A stretch of 64,000 bases of DNA from IMG/VR virus record IMGVR_UViG_3300008267_000006, positions 47,488 through 111,487 of that record. One strand, given 5' to 3'. The notes beneath the pieces were generated by a model that saw nothing but the letters and a program-made list of their open reading frames with translations, had not been told where the DNA came from and searched no databases. The stretch comes from a virus. Shown piece after piece: positions 27,831 to 36,884 of the stretch (the stretch's first letter is position 1; each line of letters opens with the position of its first letter). A program made the position numbers and the translations under genes.

Positions 27831-30800
27831 TTATTCCTCCACGAATGCGTATCCATCCTTTCTATTAATAACAATTTGTTTGTCTACGCATTCTTTAAGA
27901 CTATCAAGGTGTGAAATAACAATGACAGTATCAAAGTATGTCTTAATTAGTTGTAGAATTTGAATAAAACCATGCATGTTTTCTTCGTCAAGAGCAGTAC
28001 CTGGTTCATCCATCAAAAAGATATTTCCAACGGGAAGCGAAGTAACAGATATTAGAGCTAAACGAATAGCAGTTGAGGCAAGAGTTTTTTCTGCACCGCT
28101 ACCCATTTCTAGTGGTCGTGGATCACTATTATTATGTTTAATCATGATATCAAGCTTATCGTCATCGTTCTCTAGATAAACTGAAAAATTTACAACTCCA
28201 TTAAGTATTTTACCAATCTCTTCATTGATAGCTGGTAGCTTATTTTTAATAATTTCATAAGTAATACCGCTTGGATGCATACATTTTAAATAAAGATCAT
28301 ATGCTGAGTATTCTTTTCTTGTTTTCTCAAGATTTTCTTTTTGCTCATTTAAATTTTCAATTTTTTGTTTGAGAGAGCCTTCTTTTTTATAGAAGTCTCG
28401 TAGTTCACGATCTCTTGCTTCATAAGAACCTTTTGTTAATTGAAGATTTTGCTCTAGATTTTTATTTTGTTTCTTCAATTCATCAAATTTTTCAATAAGT
28501 TCACGATTTTTTTCTTGTTCATCAAACTCTTGTTGATCTTTTTCAATTTGAGTAGTTAATTTTTCAATTAAAAGAAGATTATTGGCTATTTGTAGCTCAT
28601 TTTTTGATCTTTTGTCTTCTGATTCCTTCTTTTTCCTCGTCGCTTCACCATGCTTATTAAGACCATTAGTTGTTTTTTCATCAAGTTCATTAAAACGACT
28701 ATCAAGGTTGTCGTAACTATGCTTATGACCCAACAATATTCCTTCATCAATAGCCATTTTTTCTTTAGCTTCGAAGGCATCCTTAATGAATTTGCAACTG
28801 GTGAATTGATTGCCACAGGGAATATCCTCTAGAAGTTTTAGTTTGTGTGTATATCCTTTAATATTCTTTTCTAGAGATTCAATTTCTTTCTCTAGTGGAA
28901 TCATTTCGCTTCTAATTTTATCTAATTCTGCATTATCTTTTATTAATTGTTCATAATTAACTAGTTTTATAAATTCTTCAAGTTTAGAGATTAATGTATT
29001 TAATTTAGAATTTTCTTCTTTTATAGAAGAATTGCTATTTTTTAGTGTTTCAAGCTTATTTTTATTTAAAGTTAACAAATTGTGCAAATTAAAATAAGCA
29101 GTCACATCAATAGGAGTAGCATTAAGCTGATCTTTTATGTTTTTTATCTGTTCGTTAAAGTTTTCTATTTTTTGTTTAAATTCATCTAGTTCTTTTTGAT
29201 TCTGAAGTATGTTTGCGTGTGTTTGAGATAGTTCTAGCTCTGTATTAATAATATCTCTATCAAAATTGTTTCCCTCTAGCTTCTTTAGAAGTGCTTTTAG
29301 CTCTGCACTTTCTTCCTTAGCAAGCTTAAATTTCTTCTCAAACATCTCTAAATCTAGGAATTTAGCTAGAATCTCCTTACGTTTAGTTGAACCTTCTGAA
29401 ATAAATGAAAGATAGCCAAATTGACTTGCCATAGAGGTCAAAAAGAAGTCATCTACTGTGCCAAAATACTTACGAATAGTGTTATCGGTATCGTTACGCG
29501 CTAATCCATTAAGAGAACCAGCATCAGAAGTAAACTCTACATCTGTTTTGGCTTCTGTTGTTAGTACACCCTTTAGTTTTTTAGTATATTTTTCAGAGGC
29601 TCTATCAATAACGTAATTTTCTCCATCAATTTCAATTTCTACACGTCCAGAACCTTTATCTTTAGCTTGATTAATAACATTTAGGTTCTTTCTGTTGTTC
29701 TTTGATGTAGTATTATAGATTGTATAGAGCAGTGAATCTACAACTGATGATTTTCCACTATAATTTTTACCAAAAACACCAATAATACCTCTTAAATTAT
29801 CAAAATTAATAGAATTACCCTCTCCATAATTAAAAAGGTTATCCCATTGCAGATTTTTTAGCTTCCACTTGACATTTCTCTTGGTTTCATCTGCATCTTC
29901 AACCATAGAGGAGTATCTTTCGTTTAATTTAACTACATTTTGCATAACCTCTTCTTCAGTTTTATAGTCTTTTAAGAAATCGGTAATTAATTTCTCTTGA
30001 ACTTTGCCATCTCGTAGATTTTCATTGTTTAAAACGATTTCTGAAACATGGTTTTCATCAGAACTGCTTGCCAAAGCCTTATTTACGAAGATTACTGATT
30101 CTGGATTGAAACGATTCTTGATAATTTCAGTTGCACGCTTAGTTTTTTCAAGAGAAACATTCTTGGAAGTCATAATTCTGACTCTTGAACCATCTTTTAT
30201 ATCAATATCTGGTAGATTTCCATACTCATCCAGATCAATTGTAAGATACGGCTTAGGGTTTGGAATAGTAAAGTGCTCGCAAGAGAAGTCATCCTTTGAC
30301 TTGATATCCCAAATAAGGAAACCTTTGTCATCGAATTCACCAAAGTTACCTTGAACAGTAGATCCTGGATATCTGACACGGCCTTCGCTATCAACAATTT
30401 GATTTGTTTTATGAATATCGCCTAAAAATGCGTAATCGTGTCCTTCAAGAGCAGCAATATTATGCTCCCCGTTCTCTAAAGTATATCCACCATCAGTTTT
30501 TACACCAGAAATAGCTCCATGATATAGAGCAATATTAATTTTTGATGGATCTGACGGTTTTTTCCAGTTTTCTTCATCAGTTCTGCTAAGAACATTAAAA
30601 GTTAATTCATTATTTACAATTTTTTCATCTGAATACTTTAGTAATTTTAAGTTTGATGAGTTAATAGCGTTAACAATAGGAGAAATAGCGTCAGTTCTTG
30701 TATCATTTTTTAAATTACAATCATGATTACCAAGAATAACATAAGTTGGAGCAATTTCTGACAATGAACGTAGAAATTTTGTAGCCATTTCTACAAATTC

Positions 30801-30962
30801 TGGACTAATTTGTGTTTTTGTGTGAGCAATATCTCCGCAGTGAACAATATAGTCTACCTTTTGTTCGCGTAGTATAGAATAAATCTGATCAAATACCTGA
30901 TTAAACTCATCGTGACGCTTTAGGTTTAATATGTGGGTATCTGCAATATGTCCAATTTTCAT
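27831..30962 (-). CDS. Fused SbcD-SbcC (Mre11-Rad50; T4 gp47-gp46-like) recombination nuclease/ATPase
   Basis: Phosphoesterase motifs DTH, GD, GNHD, HG, GDIH; Walker A GKNYSGKSS, Q-loop, long coiled coil, signature GSGAEK, Walker B FLMDEP, H-loop ISH; one uninterrupted ORF. Confidence 0.93.
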   Translation of the reverse strand: MKIGHIADTHILNLKRHDEFNQVFDQIYSILREQKVDYIVHCGDIAHTKTQISPEFVEMATKFLRSLSEIAPTYVILGNHDCNLKNDTRTDAISPIVNAINSSNLKLLKYSDEKIVNNELTFNVLSRTDEENWKKPSDPSKINIALYHGAISGVKTDGGYTLENGEHNIAALEGHDYAFLGDIHKTNQIVDSEGRVRYPGSTVQGNFGEFDDKGFLIWDIKSKDDFSCEHFTIPNPKPYLTIDLDEYGNLPDIDIKDGSRVRIMTSKNVSLEKTKRATEIIKNRFNPESVIFVNKALASSSDENHVSEIVLNNENLRDGKVQEKLITDFLKDYKTEEEVMQNVVKLNERYSSMVEDADETKRNVKWKLKNLQWDNLFNYGEGNSINFDNLRGIIGVFGKNYSGKSSVVDSLLYTIYNTTSKNNRKNLNVINQAKDKGSGRVEIEIDGENYVIDRASEKYTKKLKGVLTTEAKTDVEFTSDAGSLNGLARNDTDNTIRKYFGTVDDFFLTSMASQFGYLSFISEGSTKRKEILAKFLDLEMFEKKFKLAKEESAELKALLKKLEGNNFDRDIINTELELSQTHANILQNQKELDEFKQKIENFNEQIKNIKDQLNATPIDVTAYFNLHNLLTLNKNKLETLKNSNSSIKEENSKLNTLISKLEEFIKLVNYEQLIKDNAELDKIRSEMIPLEKEIESLEKNIKGYTHKLKLLEDIPCGNQFTSCKFIKDAFEAKEKMAIDEGILLGHKHSYDNLDSRFNELDEKTTNGLNKHGEATRKKKESEDKRSKNELQIANNLLLIEKLTTQIEKDQQEFDEQEKNRELIEKFDELKKQNKNLEQNLQLTKGSYEARDRELRDFYKKEGSLKQKIENLNEQKENLEKTRKEYSAYDLYLKCMHPSGITYEIIKNKLPAINEEIGKILNGVVNFSVYLENDDDKLDIMIKHNNSDPRPLEMGSGAEKTLASTAIRLALISVTSLPVGNIFLMDEPGTALDEENMHGFIQILQLIKTYFDTVIVISHLDSLKECVDKQIVINRKDGYAFVEE

Positions 30963-30974
30963 ATTTTCTCCAAT

Positions 30975-31003
30975 AAAAAATCCCGCTATGGTTAGCAGCG
31001 GGA
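30975..31003 (-). terminator. Intrinsic terminator immediately 5' of the SbcCD ribosome-binding site
   Basis: Minus strand TCCCGCT-N9-AGCGGGA-TTTTTT. Confidence 0.7.
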
Positions 31004-31005
31004 CC

Positions 31006-31034
31006 AGTATACACTACCCTTGGTAGGATTTCAA
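31006..31034 (-). promoter_or_regulatory. Sigma70-type promoter TTGAAA-N17-TATACT for sbcDC
   Basis: 5/6 match at both -35 (31034-31029) and -10 (31011-31006) with 17-nt spacing. Confidence 0.7.
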
Positions 31035-31663
31035 CCCTCTTCTTTATCTTCAACGTCTTCTGGCTCTATGTCTTTTCCTTTTGGCCATTTTTGGAACTCT
31101 TCCGTATCTTCATCCCACTCTTCGTCTTTTTCTTCTTGGTCTTCGCCTTCTAATACTTTTTGGATCTCTTCCATGATTATTTGTTTTATTTTTTCTCTAG
31201 TAAAAGTCATTTTATCCTCTGATATTCCACCTTTTAGGTTTTTAACTTGTTTTCCACGTACATCCATTTGTTTATCAAGTGATCTTGTTTCTTCATCTTC
31301 CGCTTTATTTCCACTTGGTACTTGATATGGATCGTGTCCTATCGACGGAAACCTCTCAAATGCATCGACTGAAATTTCTTGTTCTGAATTTCCAAGAAAT
31401 TTTGCCATTGCATTATGTAATTGCACTGAATCCATATAAAATCTTGAATCGACTTCATCTGCTGTTATCTGCTTTATTGCATCAAGTGGCTGAATATTTA
31501 ATTGTTTAAAAGAGTCAATTAAATTTTTAATTGCAACATCTCCATCCAAATTAGATGTTTCTTTTTCGTCCCTAGCTTTAATAAAAGCTCTTATAATCTC
31601 TTGTTTAGTATTAGTTATTTCTTCAAAAATTAATTTATTATTCTTTTTTTTAACGGAAATCAT
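31031..31663 (-). CDS. Hypothetical acidic-tailed protein, putative internal head protein
   Basis: MISVKKKNNKLIFEE start and internal TREKIKQIIMEEIQKVLE motif. Confidence 0.65.
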   Translation of the reverse strand: MISVKKKNNKLIFEEITNTKQEIIRAFIKARDEKETSNLDGDVAIKNLIDSFKQLNIQPLDAIKQITADEVDSRFYMDSVQLHNAMAKFLGNSEQEISVDAFERFPSIGHDPYQVPSGNKAEDEETRSLDKQMDVRGKQVKNLKGGISEDKMTFTREKIKQIIMEEIQKVLEGEDQEEKDEEWDEDTEEFQKWPKGKDIEPEDVEDKEEG

Positions 31664-31664
31664 A

Positions 31665-32609
31665 TTATATGCTCATTATTTTATTTAATAAAAAGTAATC
31701 TGTGTCTTTAATTAGTCTTGCATTCTTTTTACATTCTAAAAATTCTTCATGAGACATATCACCAACATCTTTATTAAGTGGAATTGGTATTTTGTATACT
31801 TCTGCATTATAAGTTAGTAAATCTTTTACTAAATTTTCTGCTTTTTTTTCTGCATCTGGATCTAATGCAAGATAAATCGCTGGGTCGTTTTTTATAATTT
31901 CTTTAAAAATTTTTGAATTTTCTCTTAGAGTGCTACCCAATAGAGGTATTGCGTTTTTTGCTTTTATCGCATCAAACACACCTTCAACAATAGTTATATC
32001 AGAAGACCAATCAAGGTATAATTCATTAAAAATTATATCTTTCTTTGCTTCTGGATTCATATATCTTTTCCAGTTATTTTCATATGTTCTTGCAATAAAA
32101 TAATTTATCTTTCCATCATTATTAAATGATGGAATAATTACTCTTCCCTCATATGGACCAGAAGTAGCATAACCAATTTTCCAAAATTTTATGTCTTGAT
32201 CAGATAATCCTCTATTTTTTAGATATTTTCTTGCTTTTATAGAAGTATAGGATCTATCTTTATTACATAGAGATTGAAATTCTTCTGGTAGAGTTAATAT
32301 TGTCTCTGTTTCTTCTTGAAACTTATTATCACTTAAAAAGATTTTTTCATATTCAATAATATCAATAACACCAGATAGTTCATTCCATTCTTGTATTTGT
32401 GACCATGAGCCAAATCTTTTGACAATTCTTGTCAAATTTGGAGTTGACCAATCACAAATCCAGCATTTGGCTGCATTTTTATTTATATTTAAGCTAAATT
32501 TTTTCTTGTGATGGTTACAAAAGGGACACTTAAAAAGAAGTTCTTGACCAGATGTATAATATGCACCAAGAATATTATTTAGTATTTCTATCTTTTTTGC
32601 TTCTGACAC
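31665..32609 (-). CDS. DNA primase (DnaG/gp61-like)
   Basis: Zn-binding CPFC..H...CWIC, YLKNRG, GRVIIP, TOPRIM IVEGVFDA and LDPD motifs. Confidence 0.9.
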   Translation of the reverse strand: MSEAKKIEILNNILGAYYTSGQELLFKCPFCNHHKKKFSLNINKNAAKCWICDWSTPNLTRIVKRFGSWSQIQEWNELSGVIDIIEYEKIFLSDNKFQEETETILTLPEEFQSLCNKDRSYTSIKARKYLKNRGLSDQDIKFWKIGYATSGPYEGRVIIPSFNNDGKINYFIARTYENNWKRYMNPEAKKDIIFNELYLDWSSDITIVEGVFDAIKAKNAIPLLGSTLRENSKIFKEIIKNDPAIYLALDPDAEKKAENLVKDLLTYNAEVYKIPIPLNKDVGDMSHEEFLECKKNARLIKDTDYFLLNKIMSI

Positions 32610-33118
32610 TGTATGTAACCTGCTTTAGCAATAACATATGAATCTGCGCGATCATATGTTCCCTTCTTTGGGTTGTTGTGAGCAGTATACTCCACCTTAA
32701 AAGTTGGTTCAAGCGTCAAGATATTTTTTAAAACAATTTCTTTAGCGTTCTGTCCTTTTTCTATTTTTATTCCAAGAGCTTTACGAGCTGTAGATGCTCC
32801 TATATACTGTGGCTCTTTATTGAAAACTTCATGACAGATCCAGCTTACAATACCATTAAATTTACCAAGAGTCAAGATAACTTGAGCGCTAGATAACCCA
32901 GGTCTAAAAGCATTTAAAGATTGTTCTATAAATATATCTTTAATATTATATAAATATTTTAGCTGAGTTAGTCTTTCTTTAACAGCTGTTGCTTTTTTAA
33001 ATACATTATCTAGTTTTTTACTTGTTAAATCTATAGCTTCATTATGAATAACTGTGCCGTCTTCATTTAAAACAGTCACTCCTGTTATTGAAGTACTTAT
33101 ATCTAATCCTATAACCAT
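32588..33118 (-). CDS. RuvC-like Holliday junction resolvase
   Basis: IGLDISTSITG, IFIEQ and DRADSYVIA catalytic motifs. Confidence 0.85.
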   Translation of the reverse strand: MVIGLDISTSITGVTVLNEDGTVIHNEAIDLTSKKLDNVFKKATAVKERLTQLKYLYNIKDIFIEQSLNAFRPGLSSAQVILTLGKFNGIVSWICHEVFNKEPQYIGASTARKALGIKIEKGQNAKEIVLKNILTLEPTFKVEYTAHNNPKKGTYDRADSYVIAKAGYIQCQKQKR

Positions 33119-33465
33119 TATTGACCTTCTTCTGTTAGTTCCGTTGGAATTATTTCTGGAACTGGTTCTGGAACTGGTTCTGGTTCTGGAACTGGTTCTG
33201 GTTCTGGAACTGGTTCTGGTTCTGGAACTGGTTCTATAGTATTTGATATTTGTTCAGATGTTAAAAATTTTTCAGACCAGATAGCTTTTGCTACTGCAAA
33301 TATTTTAGGATCTTCATTTGTAAGATCATCATTTTTATCATAAGCTCTTCTATGATAATTTGATGCAATCTCTACTCCATCTTTTAAAATACATATTTTT
33401 TCTCTTACTTGTATAACATCTCCAAGTATTTCAATTTTATCAATTATTTTTTTTTCTTCTAACAT
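33118..33465 (-). CDS. Putative tail-fibre partner/chaperone with PEPEPV tail
   Basis: DKIEI...IQVRE...KDG.EI...YHR...AVAKAIW pattern, as seen downstream of phage fibre-tip genes. Confidence 0.6.
   Translation of the reverse strand: MLEEKKIIDKIEILGDVIQVREKICILKDGVEIASNYHRRAYDKNDDLTNEDPKIFAVAKAIWSEKFLTSEQISNTIEPVPEPEPVPEPEPVPEPEPVPEPVPEIIPTELTEEGQ
33154..33235 (-). repeat. Coding tandem repeat with 6/12/18-bp period (EPVPEP)
   Basis: tctggttctggaactggt repeated about four times. Confidence 0.9.
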
Positions 33466-33475
33466 AATTTATTCC

Positions 33476-34096
33476 TTATTGAGCTGTTTTATAGGTTAAA
33501 GAAAAACCAATTATACTCCAATTAATTAAATTACTAACCGGAACAGCTAAATCATATGAATATCTAAGAATTAATTTTGTGGGAACCGCAGACGAAGTTT
33601 GAACTCTAAATTCATATGGAGCTTGCGCTCCAGCTGGTAGATTTCCTATATCTAGATAAAAAGCGGCTAAACCACTAAAAGAATAACCAAGATCAGTAGA
33701 AGAATCTACACCATAAGGTAGACCTCCTATCATAATATTTCCAGTACCAGTAGAAGTTAAAGTTTTTATTTGAAGATGACAGCAGATAGTAACTAAATTT
33801 CCTATTTTAATATAAGATCCTAGTCGAGAATTGTATTCAGCTATAGTTGGTTGTGTTGCATCAGAAGCAAAAACTGGAGTCCAACTTCCTTCCTCATAAT
33901 CATTTAAAAGCTGAGAAGTAACTATTCCTGAGTCTGTTGGAGAAGAAGAAAAATCTATACCTTTGCCAGAAGAAAACTTTATATTTCCAGTTGTAGTTAA
34001 GCCTCCATCAAGACTTATGCCATCGCCAGCATCATTTTCATTTAATAGTCTAACTTTATTTCTTATTCTTGAGAATTCAGAGTATTCAACTGCCAT
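33476..34096 (-). CDS. Short tail-fibre tip-like protein
   Basis: GKGIDFS...LNDYEEGSWTP...GSYIKIGNLV...GLPY motifs. ATG 34096 preferred over TTG 34108. Confidence 0.7.
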   Translation of the reverse strand: MAVEYSEFSRIRNKVRLLNENDAGDGISLDGGLTTTGNIKFSSGKGIDFSSSPTDSGIVTSQLLNDYEEGSWTPVFASDATQPTIAEYNSRLGSYIKIGNLVTICCHLQIKTLTSTGTGNIMIGGLPYGVDSSTDLGYSFSGLAAFYLDIGNLPAGAQAPYEFRVQTSSAVPTKLILRYSYDLAVPVSNLINWSIIGFSLTYKTAQ

Positions 34097-34109
34097 AATT
34101 TTACCCAAT

Positions 34110-34142
34110 AAAAAACCTAGCCATAAATAAATATGGCTAGGT
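34110..34142 (-). terminator. Intrinsic terminator with a TATTTAT-containing loop region
   Basis: ACCTAGCCATA-TTTATT-TATGGCTAGGT-TTTTT. Confidence 0.75.
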
Positions 34143-34159
34143 CTAAAATTTTGTATATA

Positions 34160-34939
34160 TTATTTAATTATATACATACTTGGATCTTCATTTACGGCCA
34201 GTACACGATATTTAATGACTGTATCGTCGCTTCCAGCTAAATCTGGTGCCCACATACGAACCCATAATTCATCAGTAGCCCCAGCTGTACCGCTAACAAC
34301 AAGATTTACAGCAAGAATATCATTACACCAGGTTGCTTCTGTGTCATCCGCATCTTTAACCATAACATCTAATAAGATATAGTCTTTTGAGGAAACTGGG
34401 AAAGATTGATAATTTGGATCATCGAGTTCACCTCCAGCATCAATAGTTCCTACTCCGTTTTCGAAAACTGGAGCTGTTGCGAAACCGTTTGCATCTGGGC
34501 TTCCAACTAATGTTGGATAATCATATTGTGCATAATTTGCTGGTAGTTTAAATTCAGCATAACCTTCTGCATTAAATGCACCAGTTTTTTGGTATCTTAA
34601 GCGTTTATATGCATTTTCTGCTTCTTTTGCACGTACAGCATCAAGAGCACCAACGTTATAAAGAGCATCTTCTAGTTTATGTAAAACTCCGTCAACGTTA
34701 TATCTGCTATCTACAACTAGATCTTGAACATTTTGTGATCTAAAGTTGCTAGACGCAGAGATATTTAACTCTGGTGTATATACGCTTGACGCAGTTAATG
34801 GTAGAGAAGAACTAACGTGACCAGCAGCAAGAGTTCCTGAAACAACGAATAATTCAGTATTACCGTCTTTCTTTATAATTTGCTTTTTTGTGACTAAATC
34901 AGCTAAAACTTTAACTGATTTATTGCTTGGAGCAGCCAT
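34160..34939 (-). CDS. Fibre-like protein, WxND family member (259 aa)
   Basis: KVL start motif, YNVDG.L..LE coil, C-terminal DVMV...WCNDIL...YRVLAVNE. Confidence 0.7.
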   Translation of the reverse strand: MAAPSNKSVKVLADLVTKKQIIKKDGNTELFVVSGTLAAGHVSSSLPLTASSVYTPELNISASSNFRSQNVQDLVVDSRYNVDGVLHKLEDALYNVGALDAVRAKEAENAYKRLRYQKTGAFNAEGYAEFKLPANYAQYDYPTLVGSPDANGFATAPVFENGVGTIDAGGELDDPNYQSFPVSSKDYILLDVMVKDADDTEATWCNDILAVNLVVSGTAGATDELWVRMWAPDLAGSDDTVIKYRVLAVNEDPSMYIIK

Positions 34940-34979
34940 TTATTTATTTTCCTTGACATAAAGTCTGATGTTAATATAA

Positions 34980-35234
34980 CTAGTCTTCTATACCGTATTC
35001 TTTCTTGATCTCTTTTAAGTTTTTTAAAAAATCATGCTGTATACCATGAAGACGTATCTTTCTATGTAAGATATCTTTTAGTTTTGTTACTTTATTACGC
35101 TCAGAGGTAAGTAATTGTATTGCTTTTTCTTTACTTATTTCCTCTTTTATGACTAATTCTTTGATTTTTTTGATATTTTCTCTACAAATCAGCAGCCAAT
35201 TAGTAACTTGCAAGAAGTTAAAGCTATATTTCAT
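34980..35234 (-). CDS. Small basic hypothetical protein
   Basis: 84 aa; overlaps the upstream ORF end. Confidence 0.55.
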   Translation of the reverse strand: MKYSFNFLQVTNWLLICRENIKKIKELVIKEEISKEKAIQLLTSERNKVTKLKDILHRKIRLHGIQHDFLKNLKEIKKEYGIED

Positions 35235-35433
35235 CTTCTGATTCCTCTTCTATATCTTCTTGTATATCTTTTATGATATTATCGTATTTTTTTTCTAATT
35301 TTTCGACATTTTCTATTAAATATTGACGATTTTTAAGTAATTGTGCTTGGCTTTTCATATCTTTTGTATGAATTAATATCTCTTTTATCATTTCATCCAT
35401 ATATTTGACCAAATAAGTTACTTTTCTCTTCAT
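35224..35433 (-). CDS. Small coiled-coil hypothetical protein
   Basis: Start re-assigned to ATG 35433 behind SD GGAG. Confidence 0.55.
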   Translation of the reverse strand: MKRKVTYLVKYMDEMIKEILIHTKDMKSQAQLLKNRQYLIENVEKLEKKYDNIIKDIQEDIEEESEDEI

Positions 35434-35442
35434 AATATCTCC

Positions 35443-35477
35443 AAAAACTAAGGGAAGCGAGATCAACCCGCTTCCCC
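35443..35477 (-). terminator. Intrinsic terminator after the 428-aa gene, with TATAAT immediately 5'
   Basis: GGGGAAGCG-N9-CGCTTCCCT-TAGTTTTT; TATAAT at 35485-35480. Confidence 0.65.
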
Positions 35478-35503
35478 TAATTATATCTTAACTTACAAAT
35501 ATA

Positions 35504-36790
35504 CTAAAGAAACATTTGGCCATTCTCATTAACAACTATTAAACGGTATTCCCAACCAGTATCGGCGGCTGGAACGCTGATTTCAACCTTTATTTTAGAG
35601 CTTGCTTCATATATTTGTATAGAAGTTAAGTCATTTGTCCATGGAGCGTTAAATGCTGTACGAATCATAACGTCAGCAACGATATAATCTTTTTGATCTA
35701 CAGCAAAGAACACTGAATCTGCCCCTAAATCAACAAGATCTAGTGTTATAGTATCTCCTGAGATAGAACCGGTCTTCATAAATCTCATTTGACCATAATT
35801 TCTATCTTCTGTATTGATAGCATTATCTAGAGCAGCAATAGCTGAAGCTACATCATATAAGCCATTTGCATCTCTTGTTACTGATGATATGTTTTTAAAG
35901 TTAGCACTACCAGATAATTTTAGATCTTTTTCGGCTATTAGGCTGCTTTCTGCATAAATTGCAGTAGAACCACTTAAAAGTACATCTCCTCCAGTACTGT
36001 ATAGCTTAGAAGCTGAATTATCTATATCTAATTGTACAGCACCAACGTCTGATAACTTAATAAAAGTTCTTGGAGATATAGCTGCAAAAGCATCTTTTGC
36101 TGAAACTTTAACGCCTTCTTGGCCGGTCATAGAACCGCCATAACCAAGATTACCAACAGATATTTTATTTAATGAACTAGATTGTAAGGTTACAATACCA
36201 GAAGCTGATTTTAATGCTTCTGTGCCATGTAATTTATATCCAGTTCCATTTGCTGCATTAAAGCCGTTTGTAGAGGCTTCTATACCGTTAGAAGCAGTAA
36301 ATTGAGCTACTGATGTAACTATAGAGAGTGAATTTTGACCAAGAGTTGTACTTCCGGAAACACCTAAGTTTCCTGGTAGGTAAAGAGAATTTAAATTTAA
36401 TGTATTTGCAGTTAAAGTTGCAAAATGACCAGTACTTGAAGAAACATCTCCGCTTGATTTTAGATCAAATGCTCCACTTATATCGCCATCTACTGTTATT
36501 GTTCCACCATTTACAGATAGATCGCCGCTTAATATTTGTGAGCCGGTAACAATTAAATTTCCACTTAAATTTGTTATACCTTCAACAACAAGAGCACCAA
36601 TTTGTGCATATCCACGGTTAACAACTTGACCGCCGATATATAATTCTCCATCTACTCTTGCATCTTCTTTAACGTGTAGGCCGGTGCTACCACTGTAAGT
36701 ACCAGAAACAATAAGACCGGTCTTCATTGTTGCTGTATTTTTAACTTCTAGATCTGTTAAAACTTTGATATTGTTAAAGATGTTCGACAT
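35504..36790 (-). CDS. Fibre-like protein, WxND family member (428 aa)
   Basis: IKVLTDL start, beta-repeat shaft, YDVASAIAALD coil, WTNDLTS, YRLIVVNE. Confidence 0.75.
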   Translation of the reverse strand: MSNIFNNIKVLTDLEVKNTATMKTGLIVSGTYSGSTGLHVKEDARVDGELYIGGQVVNRGYAQIGALVVEGITNLSGNLIVTGSQILSGDLSVNGGTITVDGDISGAFDLKSSGDVSSSTGHFATLTANTLNLNSLYLPGNLGVSGSTTLGQNSLSIVTSVAQFTASNGIEASTNGFNAANGTGYKLHGTEALKSASGIVTLQSSSLNKISVGNLGYGGSMTGQEGVKVSAKDAFAAISPRTFIKLSDVGAVQLDIDNSASKLYSTGGDVLLSGSTAIYAESSLIAEKDLKLSGSANFKNISSVTRDANGLYDVASAIAALDNAINTEDRNYGQMRFMKTGSISGDTITLDLVDLGADSVFFAVDQKDYIVADVMIRTAFNAPWTNDLTSIQIYEASSKIKVEISVPAADTGWEYRLIVVNENGQMFL

Positions 36791-36866
36791 CTTTTAAGTT
36801 TTCCTTGCCACTACGGGCAGTTAGTTATTATTATCACCTTCTCTCTAATTTAAAATATTCCCATTA

Positions 36867-36876
36867 TATAATTAGT
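36867..36876 (-). promoter_or_regulatory. Putative late promoter variant ACTAATTATA
   Basis: Variant of the recurrent motif in the intergenic gap; similar copies at 45853-45862, 50924-50933 and 56191-56199. Confidence 0.55.
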
Positions 36877-36884
36877 TCTGAAAA

